A stretch of 64,000 nt of DNA from assembly GCA_027593245.1 (NCBI GenBank), contig JAQCJC010000001.1, positions 10,128-74,127 on the forward strand. The letters are read 5' to 3'. The position numbers and the translations under genes were made by a program. A model generated the notes under the pieces. It was not told where the DNA came from. It saw nothing but the letters and a program-made list of their open reading frames with translations, and made no database searches. Position 1 is the stretch's first letter; each line of letters starts with the position of its first letter. Source of the stretch: Bacteroidota bacterium. GTDB lineage: Bacteria > Bacteroidota > Bacteroidia > Flavobacteriales > Flavobacteriaceae. Of the stretch, positions 36,794-46,826 are shown piece after piece.

Positions 36794-38047
36794 ATGCTCA
36801 AATCACATCAAACACTTTTACTTTGTAGTTTTTTGATAAATTTATCGACTTTGTCTTTTGGACAAATCAAAGAAGTAGATCCACCACAAGACATTAAAAC
36901 CATAACATTTGGCGGACAAAAAGATTATGCGATGCTTCCAATCATAAATCTAAATGAACGCATCTTTTTGGAATTTGATGTACTCAACAATTTGGAGGAA
37001 GATTTTTATTATGTCATTGAACACTACGATTACGATTGGACCCCCTCACGTTTGATGAAGGCTGAATACCTCAGCGGAATGGATAATCTCAGAATAATTG
37101 ATTACGAAAATTCTTTTAATACCTATCAAATTTATTCGCATTACAGACTACAAATTCCAAACCCACAAACGCGTCTAAAAGTTTCAGGCAATTACCTTAT
37201 AAAGATTTTTGACGAAAATGATGCTTTAGTTTTTAGTCGGAAATTTATGGTTAAAGAAGAACTGGTTGGTGTTGGGGTTCAAGTCAAAAGATCCAGAAAT
37301 GTAGCGATGATAAATGAAGCTCAATCAATAGATTTTAGCATAAAAGCAAATACCATAAACTTAAACAACCCTGCGCAAACCGTTAAGACTGTTGTTGTGC
37401 AAAACAATAATCTAAAAACTGCTATTTACGACTTAAAACCCCAATACGTATTAGGCAACGAATTGGTCTACAGGTACAATGAGGCCTCTTTATTTTGGGG
37501 TGGCAATGAGTATCTTTTTTTTGAAAACAAAGAGGTTCGAAGTGCTAACTTAGGGGTGCAATATATTGATTTGCAAGATCTATACCACAGTTATCTTTAC
37601 ACAGATATTGACAGAAGCAGACGAAAATACACCTTCAATCCGGACATCAATGGGGGATTTAAAATCACTGTATTAGATCGTGACGACCCAAGTATTGAAG
37701 CCGATTACACTTATGTACATTTCTCTCTGTTAACTAACGAATTTACCAATGAGTCTGTGTATGTTTATGGAGGCTTCAACAACTTCAGTATTAGCGATGA
37801 AAACAAGATGATTTACAATACCAAAAAAAATGTTTACGAACTGTCCATGCTTATGAAACAAGGCTTTTACAATTACAAATATGTTGTTGTAGACCAAAAC
37901 GACACACTTAGCGAGGGCAGCATTAGTGGCAATTTTGATGAAACAGAAAACAATTATAAAGTGATCGTTTATTACAGAGATTTAGGTGCACGCTACGACA
38001 AAATTATAGGTCTTGGCGAAGCCAACTCTGTTCAAATCACAAATTAA
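36794..38047 (+). CDS. DUF5103 domain protein (type IX secretion system plug-like)
   Basis: Start set at ATG 36794, which gives a signal peptide (MLKSHQTLLLCSFLINLSTLSFGQ). HYDYDWTPSRLMKAEYLSG resembles the DUF5103 signature as I recall it. Confidence 0.6.
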   Translation: MLKSHQTLLLCSFLINLSTLSFGQIKEVDPPQDIKTITFGGQKDYAMLPIINLNERIFLEFDVLNNLEEDFYYVIEHYDYDWTPSRLMKAEYLSGMDNLRIIDYENSFNTYQIYSHYRLQIPNPQTRLKVSGNYLIKIFDENDALVFSRKFMVKEELVGVGVQVKRSRNVAMINEAQSIDFSIKANTINLNNPAQTVKTVVVQNNNLKTAIYDLKPQYVLGNELVYRYNEASLFWGGNEYLFFENKEVRSANLGVQYIDLQDLYHSYLYTDIDRSRRKYTFNPDINGGFKITVLDRDDPSIEADYTYVHFSLLTNEFTNESVYVYGGFNNFSISDENKMIYNTKKNVYELSMLMKQGFYNYKYVVVDQNDTLSEGSISGNFDETENNYKVIVYYRDLGARYDKIIGLGEANSVQITN

Positions 38048-38062
38048 AAACAACCCCAAGAT

Positions 38063-38449
38063 ATGGTACAACAAATCACCAATGGTATAAAAATTTCGGT
38101 TCAAACACACTTTGAAGGTACTTTTTACAAAGAAGAGATTATTCATTTTGCTTTTAGCTACGAAGTGAGCATCAGTAATGAACGTCAAAACCCAGTACAA
38201 TTGCTGTCACGTGTTTGGCACATCAGCGATGCGCTGAATTCTAAAGAAAGCGTTGAAGGAGATGGAGTGGTTGGAGAACAACCAATCATTCAACCCAGCG
38301 AATCTTATAGCTACAGTTCGGGTTGCACTCTAAAATCGCCTTTTGGATCAATGAAAGGACTGTATTCTATGGTTGACCTCTTGGACAATAATATGTTTAA
38401 AGCAAAAATACCAACCTTTAAACTATGCACAGAATTCGCGCAAAATTAA
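38063..38449 (+). CDS. apaG: Co2+/Mg2+ efflux-associated protein ApaG
   Basis: 128 aa. ITNGIKISVQTHF...F.FSYEVSISN...VQLLSRVWHISD...GDGVVGEQP is the ApaG/DUF525 pattern. Confidence 0.88.
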   Translation: MVQQITNGIKISVQTHFEGTFYKEEIIHFAFSYEVSISNERQNPVQLLSRVWHISDALNSKESVEGDGVVGEQPIIQPSESYSYSSGCTLKSPFGSMKGLYSMVDLLDNNMFKAKIPTFKLCTEFAQN

Positions 38450-38522
38450 TTAATAATTGTACGTAAAATTCAACCATAAATTGTAATTTTAATGTCTAAT
38501 TTTTTCACAAAAACACAATACC

Positions 38523-40148
38523 ATGGGAAAAGGATTTTTTAAGGTACCTGTTGCCAAAAACGAAGCTGTTTTATCATATGCACCCGGCTCCACAGAACGC
38601 AAAAATGTTTTGAGCGCATACAAGACAATGTACCAATCAAAGCTTGAAGTACCGCTATATATAAATGGTAAACACATAAAGACAGGAGCAACGCAAACGA
38701 TGAGTCCGCCGCACGACCACCAGCATATTGTTGGCACATACCATACGGCAAATCAAACTCATGTCGAGCAAGCCATTGCTACAGCTTTAGAAGCACGGAA
38801 AACATGGGCTAATTTACCTTGGGAGCACCGCGCTGGAATTTTTCTTCGCGCTGCTGAACTCATTGCTGGACCGTATAGAGCAAAGATCAATGCTGCAACT
38901 ATGATTGCGCAATCCAAAACAGCACACCAAGCTGAAATTGATGCTGCTTGTGAATTTATAGATTTTTTAAGGTTCAATGTGCAGTTTATGACAGAAATTT
39001 ATGCAGATCAACCCCAAAGTACAAACGATGCTTGGAATCGTATTGAATACCGTCCCTTGGAAGGGTTCACATATGCTGTGACACCATTTAACTTTACTGC
39101 CATAGCCGGAAACCTTCCTGCTTGCATGGCACTCATGGGCAATGTTGTGGTTTGGAAACCTAGCGATAGTCAAGTCTATTCAGCCAAGGTTATCATGGAT
39201 ATTTTCAATGAAGCTGGTGTGCCTCCAGGTGTCATCAATGTGGTTTTTGGCGACCCTGTGATGATTACAAATACAGTTTTGTCCAGTCCAGATTTTTCAG
39301 GCTTACACTTTACGGGATCTACTTTTGTATTTAAAGAGCTGTGGAAACAAATTGGAACCAATATCCACAACTACAAAACTTACCCAAGAATTGTAGGTGA
39401 GACTGGGGGTAAAGATTTTATTATCGCCCACCAATCCGCCTATTCAAAACAAGTTGCAACAGGAATTGTTAGAGGAGCATTTGAATTTCAAGGTCAGAAA
39501 TGCAGTGCAGCATCTCGGGCATACATCCCTAAAAGTATTTGGCCTGAAGTAAAGTCTTATCTTTTAGAAGACATCGCTTCAATTCAAATGGGTAGTCCAG
39601 AGGATTTATCCAACTTTGTTACGGCAGTTATTCATGAGGGCTCTTTTGATAAAATCGCAAGCTATATTGATGCCGCAAAAGAGAGTTCCGAAGTAGACAT
39701 AATTGCTGGTGGTGGGTACGATAAAAGTAAAGGGTATTTTATTGAACCTACAGTTATTTTGACATCCAACCCAGATTATGAAACGATGAGTACAGAACTC
39801 TTTGGTCCTGTCATTACTGTTTATGTTTACAATGACGAGGATTACGTTGAAACACTAAAACTTGTGGATCAAACAAGTGAATATGCGCTTACAGGTGCTA
39901 TTTTTTCAACCGATCGATATGCCATTGATCAAGCCACTAAAGCTTTAGTAAATGCCGCAGGTAACTTTTATATCAATGATAAACCTACCGGTGCTGTCGT
40001 TGGTCAGCAACCTTTTGGTGGTGCCAGAGCGTCTGGAACCAATGACAAAGCGGGCTCTGCACAAAATCTGCTTCGTTGGGTATCTCCACGGATGATAAAA
40101 GAAACCTTTGTCTCTCCTAAAGATTACAAATATCCTTTTTTGGACTAA
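38523..40148 (+). CDS. pruA: L-glutamate gamma-semialdehyde (1-pyrroline-5-carboxylate) dehydrogenase
   Basis: 541 aa ALDH. ETGGKDF and catalytic GQKCSAASR, with the size and termini typical of PruA. Confidence 0.9.
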   Translation: MGKGFFKVPVAKNEAVLSYAPGSTERKNVLSAYKTMYQSKLEVPLYINGKHIKTGATQTMSPPHDHQHIVGTYHTANQTHVEQAIATALEARKTWANLPWEHRAGIFLRAAELIAGPYRAKINAATMIAQSKTAHQAEIDAACEFIDFLRFNVQFMTEIYADQPQSTNDAWNRIEYRPLEGFTYAVTPFNFTAIAGNLPACMALMGNVVVWKPSDSQVYSAKVIMDIFNEAGVPPGVINVVFGDPVMITNTVLSSPDFSGLHFTGSTFVFKELWKQIGTNIHNYKTYPRIVGETGGKDFIIAHQSAYSKQVATGIVRGAFEFQGQKCSAASRAYIPKSIWPEVKSYLLEDIASIQMGSPEDLSNFVTAVIHEGSFDKIASYIDAAKESSEVDIIAGGGYDKSKGYFIEPTVILTSNPDYETMSTELFGPVITVYVYNDEDYVETLKLVDQTSEYALTGAIFSTDRYAIDQATKALVNAAGNFYINDKPTGAVVGQQPFGGARASGTNDKAGSAQNLLRWVSPRMIKETFVSPKDYKYPFLD

Positions 40149-40161
40149 AAAACTTTACTAC

Positions 40162-40195
40162 AAAAAAAACCACTCCGAAAAGAGTGGTTTTTTTT
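40162..40195. terminator. bidirectional rho-independent terminator
   Basis: A8 run, stem CCACTC / GAGTGG (40170-40175 / 40182-40187), then a T8 run. It lies between convergent genes. Confidence 0.8.
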
Positions 40196-40209
40196 AATAA
40201 TAAATGTGT

Positions 40210-41514
40210 CTATAATTCTTCAAATGTTTGGGTATCACCAAAGTCAGCTCCTCTGACGTTTACAGCTGCATTGCTACTGCCGTCAATCACAACGGCAACA
40301 ACAGACATGTTTTCAGTATTCGCAACGTTTGAAGGAACTGCACCATTAAAATTCACTTGATAAACATTATCTGCAGAATACTCTGATGCTGGGATTTGAT
40401 CTCCTAACAAGTTAGTTAACGAAGCTCTCAAAACATGGTTGTGTTCAAAGTTGGGGATAACACTTCCACCGCCATAATAACTTGTATAATTTGTTTGATT
40501 AAATTCTAAACTATCTTCCAAAACATAAACAACAAGTTTTGCGTTAGAAGCTGAAAATTGCCCTCCAAACTTGACATTCACATCTATATTCATAGTGTTG
40601 TCATTTAAAGTAGGGCTTAAAGCTAAACCAACATCTGCTTGACCAGAAGTTAAATTTATAACCTGATTAACATAACTTGGTTCTGGGGAATTCCATTCGG
40701 TGGTTCGATTGAGCATCCCTGTGGGATAACCTTCAAGCCCAATTAAATTTTCTAAAGCACCGGCAGAATAATTGTAAGGATCATAGGAACCACTGGAAGG
40801 GTTTGTACTTCCTCTATGGATAGCCACCACATACGCATCTGTTGTTTGCTCCTCAACAAGTTCAATGGCATAAGAAATACGAGGACAATAGCCACACCAG
40901 GTTCCTGTGTAATCCTCAATTAAAACATTTTGATTAAATTTTGTTGCTGTAGGTAAAACATTGATTTCATAAACAGGTGATGTCAAATCTTCATAAGAGG
41001 CTATAAATCCAACAACTCCTTCATTTGAAGTTGTATACGTATTTCCTTCTAATTCATTACCCCCTACCACACTGATTGTTGCTTGATTTGTTAAATTCGC
41101 ACCATTATTTCCTACAACATTGAATACAACTTCTTCACCATAATAATATGTATCAGAATTCGAGGATAAATTTATGGCCGTTAAAGGAACAGAAACATTA
41201 ATAACTATGGAGTTGCTTATAATGTTACTATATGCTGCCTTAACAGTAAAGTTTCCTTGCTCTTGAAAGGTATAAGTATTGCCAGAAATCGAACTTCCTG
41301 CTATGGAAAAAACACTTTCAGAAGTAACATCTAAACCTAAATTTGTAAAAGCGCTAAAAACCAGAGTATCTCCTAAACCGATAGATGACAAATCAGAGCT
41401 AATTGTGACTGAAGACAATACGGGCTCATTGGTTGATGAGCCAATTGATTCATCACTGCCACAAGAAGTCAAAACAAATAGAGCAAAAAAAGGAATTAAT
41501 AAATAATTTTTCAT
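40210..41514 (-). CDS. Omp28-related outer-membrane lipoprotein with a thioredoxin-like CxxC domain
   Basis: Start ATG 41514 gives the lipobox LTSC. Two tandem repeats of about 75 aa, Ig-like (...GNTYT...INV; nt 40957-41412), are followed by EDYTGTWCGYCPR. Confidence 0.68.
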   Translation of the reverse strand: MKNYLLIPFFALFVLTSCGSDESIGSSTNEPVLSSVTISSDLSSIGLGDTLVFSAFTNLGLDVTSESVFSIAGSSISGNTYTFQEQGNFTVKAAYSNIISNSIVINVSVPLTAINLSSNSDTYYYGEEVVFNVVGNNGANLTNQATISVVGGNELEGNTYTTSNEGVVGFIASYEDLTSPVYEINVLPTATKFNQNVLIEDYTGTWCGYCPRISYAIELVEEQTTDAYVVAIHRGSTNPSSGSYDPYNYSAGALENLIGLEGYPTGMLNRTTEWNSPEPSYVNQVINLTSGQADVGLALSPTLNDNTMNIDVNVKFGGQFSASNAKLVVYVLEDSLEFNQTNYTSYYGGGSVIPNFEHNHVLRASLTNLLGDQIPASEYSADNVYQVNFNGAVPSNVANTENMSVVAVVIDGSSNAAVNVRGADFGDTQTFEEL

Positions 41515-41538
41515 GAAATATAATTTTTTGACGCAAAG

Positions 41539-41546
41539 CAAAAATA
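41539..41546 (-). promoter_or_regulatory. -7 promoter box (TATTTTTG) for the CxxC lipoprotein gene
   Basis: Exact TAnnTTTG on the minus strand, 24 nt upstream of ATG 41514. Confidence 0.45.
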
Positions 41547-41594
41547 GTATATTAGTGCCATACTTTTTAAAAAAAACTAAATATTTTCTAAATT

Positions 41595-42071
41595 ATGCTT
41601 AAAAAACTTATAATTTTTCTTCTTATAATTGGCTTTTTTTCAGGCGCTCAAGAACTTCCATCAGCAAGCCTAAGAGATTTAGATGGGTCTGTAGTTGAAC
41701 TAAATAAAATTAGTAAAAAGAATATAACCGTTCTTAGTTTTTGGGCAACATGGTGTGTTCCATGCATCAACGAACTTGATGCTATTGCTGAAGTATACGA
41801 CGAATGGAAGGACGAAACCGGAGTCAACTTGATAGCAATTGCAACAGATGATACAAGAACAAAAAAACGAATTCGCCCTTTAGTAAATGGAAAAGGTTGG
41901 GAATATTTAGTGCTTTATGATGATAATCAAAACTTAAAACGTGCGCTCAACATTACAACACTGCCCCACACTTTGGTGCTAAAAAACAATAAAATCATTC
42001 ATCGTCGAACGGGGTACACCCCGGGAATTGAAGATGAACTCTTTGAAATTATTAAAGAAAATTCCAATTAA
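41595..42071 (+). CDS. TlpA-family thiol:disulfide oxidoreductase (periplasmic thioredoxin-like)
   Basis: 158 aa. Signal peptide and FWATWCVPC active site. Confidence 0.87.
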   Translation: MLKKLIIFLLIIGFFSGAQELPSASLRDLDGSVVELNKISKKNITVLSFWATWCVPCINELDAIAEVYDEWKDETGVNLIAIATDDTRTKKRIRPLVNGKGWEYLVLYDDNQNLKRALNITTLPHTLVLKNNKIIHRRTGYTPGIEDELFEIIKENSN

Positions 42072-42086
42072 CTTAAATTATTTCTT

Positions 42087-43766
42087 TTGAAAAAAATTAT
42101 ACTATTTTTTATTCTAACGTTAACCTCATCAACAATTCACAGTCAAATCTTCGATGGTCTAAGTATCGGACTTGAAAGTAATTCTGCCTGGTATAATGAT
42201 GATAAAAAAACTGGAGCATTCAATGACGAAATTAATAACGATAAAGACAAGCATTTAAGGCTAAACAATTACCTTAAATTAGATTACAATTTTCTTTCAA
42301 AATTTACGGCTTCAGTCCAAATTGAGTCATATGAACCTTTTGCGCTATTAAACTACTCCCCGAACTTAAAGGGCACAAATTTAGGTACATACTCGCTAAC
42401 ATATAGAACCACAAAAATAAACGCTACTGTCGGCCATTTTTATGAACAGTTTGGAAGTGGGATGATTTTACGAAATTGGGAAGATCGACAACTGGGTATA
42501 AATAACGCTTTGTTTGGTGGCAAAATAAACTACAGACTCTTAGATGTTGCTGATTTGACTGCTGTTTATGGTAATCAACGCGTCGGTTATGAAACTTCCG
42601 ATGGTGTAATATTTGGATTTAATTCTGAATTTGAATTAGATTCTATTTTTGAATGGAATAATACGGCATTGAGCATAGGACTTAGTTATGTAGGGAGAGA
42701 ACAAAAAGTAAATTTAGATGCACCCAATTTCGAAGCTTTAACAAATGCTTATTCTGGAAGATTGGCTTTTAGCCACGGAAAATTTTACTCTAGTGCAGAG
42801 TATGTTTCAAAAAGTAATGACGCAATTGTACAAGCAAATCAAATATCCAATCAATTCATTAAGCCGGGAAGTGGTTTTTTATTTAATGCCGGTTATTCAC
42901 AAAAAGGACTAGGCATAGATGCAACGTTCAGGCGTTTGGAAAACATGAGTTTTTATTCAGATAGAGAAACCTCAGGAAATGTTTTCTTTGAAAATGTCGT
43001 CAACTACACACCAGGACTTACAAAACAACACGATTATCTTTTGACAAATATTTTTGTTTATCAAGCGCAGTCATCTGTATCCTTTCTAGACCCAGGATTA
43101 TTGAAGGCAGGTGAGATTGGAGGTCAACTGGACTTGTTTTACAATATTAAAAAAGAAACCGTATTAGGAGGGAAATATGGGGCTAAAATTGCTTTCAATG
43201 CTTCATATTGGGCTGGTTTAAAAGGAGATTTTGATTATGCAAATCAAGATTATAATACAGAAGCATTCGGATTTGGGGATAAATATTTTTCAGATATAAG
43301 TTTAGAAGTCAGAAAAAAATGGAGTTCAAAATGGCGGTCAATCTTTTACTTTGTGAATCAATATTATAATAAAAAATACATTGAAGGTAATTTTGGGGCA
43401 AAGCCGATCGTAACAAATATTGGTGTTATTGAGTCTACGCATAAACTAAGGAATGGAAAATCTATTAGAATAGAAGCCCAGAAGTTATGGTCAGATTCAA
43501 AAGATCATAATTGGGTTGGAGGAACATTTGAGTTTAATTTTAATTCAAAATTTTCTTTATACATCAACGACATATACAACAGCGGAGATGACTCCTCAAC
43601 AGACAAAACCCATTATTACAATGCGGGCGGAAGTTTCACCAAGGGAGCTACAAGAGTCGGTCTAAACTATGGAAGACAGCGTGCAGGTTTGCTATGTGTT
43701 GGCGGGGTATGTCGATTTGTACCAGAAGCTACTGGGCTAACTGCAAGTGTAACCATGGCGTTTTAA
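42087..43766 (+). CDS. outer-membrane beta-barrel protein (DUF6029-like)
   Basis: 559 aa. TTG start gives a signal peptide (MKKIILFFILTLTSSTIHSQ). It has alternating beta-strand character and a terminal aromatic residue (VTMAF). The family name is from memory. Confidence 0.55.
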   Translation: MKKIILFFILTLTSSTIHSQIFDGLSIGLESNSAWYNDDKKTGAFNDEINNDKDKHLRLNNYLKLDYNFLSKFTASVQIESYEPFALLNYSPNLKGTNLGTYSLTYRTTKINATVGHFYEQFGSGMILRNWEDRQLGINNALFGGKINYRLLDVADLTAVYGNQRVGYETSDGVIFGFNSEFELDSIFEWNNTALSIGLSYVGREQKVNLDAPNFEALTNAYSGRLAFSHGKFYSSAEYVSKSNDAIVQANQISNQFIKPGSGFLFNAGYSQKGLGIDATFRRLENMSFYSDRETSGNVFFENVVNYTPGLTKQHDYLLTNIFVYQAQSSVSFLDPGLLKAGEIGGQLDLFYNIKKETVLGGKYGAKIAFNASYWAGLKGDFDYANQDYNTEAFGFGDKYFSDISLEVRKKWSSKWRSIFYFVNQYYNKKYIEGNFGAKPIVTNIGVIESTHKLRNGKSIRIEAQKLWSDSKDHNWVGGTFEFNFNSKFSLYINDIYNSGDDSSTDKTHYYNAGGSFTKGATRVGLNYGRQRAGLLCVGGVCRFVPEATGLTASVTMAF

Positions 43767-43784
43767 GTAAATGTGAATTGTAAA

Positions 43785-44402
43785 CTAAAGGGGTAAATAA
43801 ACCACCTTTTTAGTGTCAAAAAATTCTTCTTCAAAAAATGTACTAATCGGATGAATTGTAGCCATGGGATAAGTGGACAGCTCTTCAATAAGATCCCCGC
43901 CCTTCAAATACAAAATACCGTTTGGAAGCGGATGGATGTACTTCTTTTTTAGCTTATTTTTTACCCACGGTACAAAACTGGGCATTGTAGTTACAGCACG
44001 ACTTACAACAAAATCAAAACGACCATTTACCTGATCAGCCCTTAGGTGTTCGGCCGTAATATTTTTTAATTTAAGTGTTTCAGTGACAGCCTTAACAACT
44101 TTTATTTTTTTTTGAATACTATCAACCAAATGAAACTGTACTTTCGGGAATAAAATAGCCAAAGGTATACCTGGAAAACCACCGCCTGTACCCACATCAA
44201 GAATTTTTGAATTAGGTATAAATTTTACCACATTTGATATGGCTAATGAATGCAAAACATGCTTTAAATAAAGTGATTCAATATCTTTCCTAGAAATAAC
44301 ATTTATTTTTGAATTCCAATCTTCATATATTTCTTGCAATGCTTCAAATTGTTGCTTTTGAACATCCGATAATTGGGGAAAATACTTGATAATTAAATCC
44401 AT
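43785..44402 (-). CDS. rsmG: 16S rRNA (guanine527-N7)-methyltransferase
   Basis: 205 aa. SAM motif DVGTGGGFPGIPLAI. Confidence 0.9.
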   Translation of the reverse strand: MDLIIKYFPQLSDVQKQQFEALQEIYEDWNSKINVISRKDIESLYLKHVLHSLAISNVVKFIPNSKILDVGTGGGFPGIPLAILFPKVQFHLVDSIQKKIKVVKAVTETLKLKNITAEHLRADQVNGRFDFVVSRAVTTMPSFVPWVKNKLKKKYIHPLPNGILYLKGGDLIEELSTYPMATIHPISTFFEEEFFDTKKVVYLPL

Positions 44403-44480
44403 AAAAAAATAAATTTGAGCTAAAATAGTTATAAATCTCTTAAATGTTCAAAACTCATCTTTTGAAATTAATTTATTAAC

Positions 44481-44488
44481 TATCTTTG
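44481..44488 (+). promoter_or_regulatory. -7 promoter box (TATCTTTG)
   Basis: Exact TAnnTTTG, 21 nt upstream of ATG 44510. Confidence 0.5.
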
Positions 44489-44509
44489 ATTTATTTTAAA
44501 TTAAATAAT

Positions 44510-45610
44510 ATGAAAAGTACTGTTTTAAAATTCTCAAGAAAAGATCCTAAAAAATTTTTCAAAACACTCAACTCAAGAGTAAACTCTTACTTCAAGGAGA
44601 ATAATTTGAAACGTACGGGCAACTGGCAATTGTGGTTAAAAACTATTGTTATGTTTTGTATCTTTTTAGTTCCTTATTTCCTTATTTTAACTATCGACAT
44701 GCCTGGCTTGCTTCAAATCCTTTTTACGGTTATTATGGGCATAGGTATGGCTGGGGTTGGTATGAATGTAATGCACGATGGAAATCATGGCTCATTCTCA
44801 AATAAGTCTTGGGTAAATAACCTGATGGGGAGTAGTATTTATATTCTTGCTGGAAATGTTTACAACTGGAAAGTACAACACAACGTACTGCACCACACCT
44901 ATACCAACGTTCACGGACATGATGAAGACCTAGATGCTGGACGCATCCTAAGATTTACAAAACACGATGAATGGAAATGGCATCACAAGTTTCAACAATA
45001 TTACTCTGTTTTGTTGTATGGCCTTTTAACAATTAATTGGGCAATCACTACTGACTTCATTCAAATGAAACGGTATATGAAAAGAAAACTTGCCTACGGG
45101 AAATTGCCTAATCCATTTGTAAATTGGGGAACATTAGTTGTTTCAAAATTCATCTATTTGACGATGTGGATTATCTTACCCATGTTAATTTTAGATTTGG
45201 CTTGGTGGAAAATTTTGATTGGTTTTTTTGTAATGCACTATATCGCTGGACTCATTCTTAGTGTTGTCTTTCAACTAGCCCACGTGATGGAGGATGCTGA
45301 AATGCCTCTACCAGAAAAAGACGGAAGCATGAAAAATACTTGGGCTATTCACCAGCTAAAAACTACGGTCAATTTCTCCCCTAAAAATAAAATAATAAAC
45401 TGGTTTACTGGGGGCTTGAATCATCAAGTTGAACATCATATATTTCCGAATATCTCACACATACATTACGGCAAAATAGCGGAGATTGTCAAAAAAACAG
45501 CTCAAGAATTTAATTTACCTTACAACGAATACAAAACAACTAGAAAAGCAATTATTGCGCATTTCAATTATTTAAGTTTGATGGGCGAAAATCCAGAATT
45601 ACAAGCATAA
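44510..45610 (+). CDS. membrane fatty-acid desaturase
   Basis: 366 aa from ATG 44510. Three His boxes: HDGNHG, HNVLHH and HQVEHH. Confidence 0.85.
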   Translation: MKSTVLKFSRKDPKKFFKTLNSRVNSYFKENNLKRTGNWQLWLKTIVMFCIFLVPYFLILTIDMPGLLQILFTVIMGIGMAGVGMNVMHDGNHGSFSNKSWVNNLMGSSIYILAGNVYNWKVQHNVLHHTYTNVHGHDEDLDAGRILRFTKHDEWKWHHKFQQYYSVLLYGLLTINWAITTDFIQMKRYMKRKLAYGKLPNPFVNWGTLVVSKFIYLTMWIILPMLILDLAWWKILIGFFVMHYIAGLILSVVFQLAHVMEDAEMPLPEKDGSMKNTWAIHQLKTTVNFSPKNKIINWFTGGLNHQVEHHIFPNISHIHYGKIAEIVKKTAQEFNLPYNEYKTTRKAIIAHFNYLSLMGENPELQA

Positions 45611-45619
45611 ATTAACACA

Positions 45620-46810
45620 ATGAACCAATTACTTTCAGAAAGAATATTGAATATGGCCACTTCAGCAACACTTGCCATGGCCGCAAAAGCACGGGAACTA
45701 AAGAGCGAAGGAAAAGACATCATCGGTCTCAGTTTAGGAGAACCGGACTTTAATACACCTGATTTTATAAAAGATGCTGCAAAGCAAGCAATTGATGATA
45801 ACTTTAATTCGTACACACCAGTGGATGGGTATGCAGAGTTGAAACAAGCCATCATTACAAAGTTCAAACGCGACAACAATCTATCGTACACACCAAGTCA
45901 AATTGTAGTGTCAACAGGAGCAAAACAGTGCCTTGCAAATGTAGCTTTAGTTTTACTAAACAAAGGGGACGAAGTTATTTTACCATGCCCTTACTGGGTC
46001 AGTTATTCAGATATTGTGAAGCTATCTGAAGGTACCCCTGTGGAAGTAAAGACTTCCATTGAAACTGATTTCAAAATGACAGCTGCTCAACTTGAAGCTG
46101 CAATTACGCCCAAAACAAAAATGATTTGGTTCAGTTCGCCATGCAACCCAAGCGGTTCCTTGTACAGTAGAGAGGAATTGAGAGCACTAGCAGATGTACT
46201 TAAAAAATATCCTGAAATTTACATTGTCTCTGATGAAATTTACGAGCATATTAATTTTGGAAGTGGCCACGCTAGTATAGCTGAATTTGAAGACATGTAC
46301 GATAGGACGATTACCGTAAACGGAGTGTCTAAAGCATTTGCGATGACTGGATGGCGGATTGGTTTCTTAGGAGCACCAGAAAAAATTGCACGTGCATGCA
46401 ACAAAATGCAAGGCCAGATTACTAGTGGGGCAAATTGTATTGCACAAAGAGCCGTCATTACTGCTTTGGAAGCTTCGCCATCTAAAGTACAGTATATGAT
46501 CGACGAATTTAAGGTACGTCGAGATCTCATACTGAATTTACTTAAGGACATCAATGGTTTTTCATGCAACACGCCCGAAGGTGCATTTTATGTGTTCCCG
46601 GATGTTTCGGAATTATTTGGGAAGACCTTTAAAGGCAAGCAAATAAACAACGCAACCGATTTATCTCTTTTCTTACTTGAAGAGGCTCTTGTTGCTACCG
46701 TAACCGGAGATGCTTTTGGAAACCCAAATTGTATTAGAATATCTTACGCGGCCTCACAAGAACAAATTGTTGAAGCAATAGAACGAATCAAAAAAGCATT
46801 AACAAACTAA
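45620..46810 (+). CDS. aspartate/aromatic-type PLP-dependent aminotransferase
   Basis: 396 aa. PLP-Lys motif GVSKAFAMTGWRIG and SPCNPSG. Confidence 0.87.
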   Translation: MNQLLSERILNMATSATLAMAAKARELKSEGKDIIGLSLGEPDFNTPDFIKDAAKQAIDDNFNSYTPVDGYAELKQAIITKFKRDNNLSYTPSQIVVSTGAKQCLANVALVLLNKGDEVILPCPYWVSYSDIVKLSEGTPVEVKTSIETDFKMTAAQLEAAITPKTKMIWFSSPCNPSGSLYSREELRALADVLKKYPEIYIVSDEIYEHINFGSGHASIAEFEDMYDRTITVNGVSKAFAMTGWRIGFLGAPEKIARACNKMQGQITSGANCIAQRAVITALEASPSKVQYMIDEFKVRRDLILNLLKDINGFSCNTPEGAFYVFPDVSELFGKTFKGKQINNATDLSLFLLEEALVATVTGDAFGNPNCIRISYAASQEQIVEAIERIKKALTN

Positions 46811-46826
46811 GCATTCTTAGTGTTGC

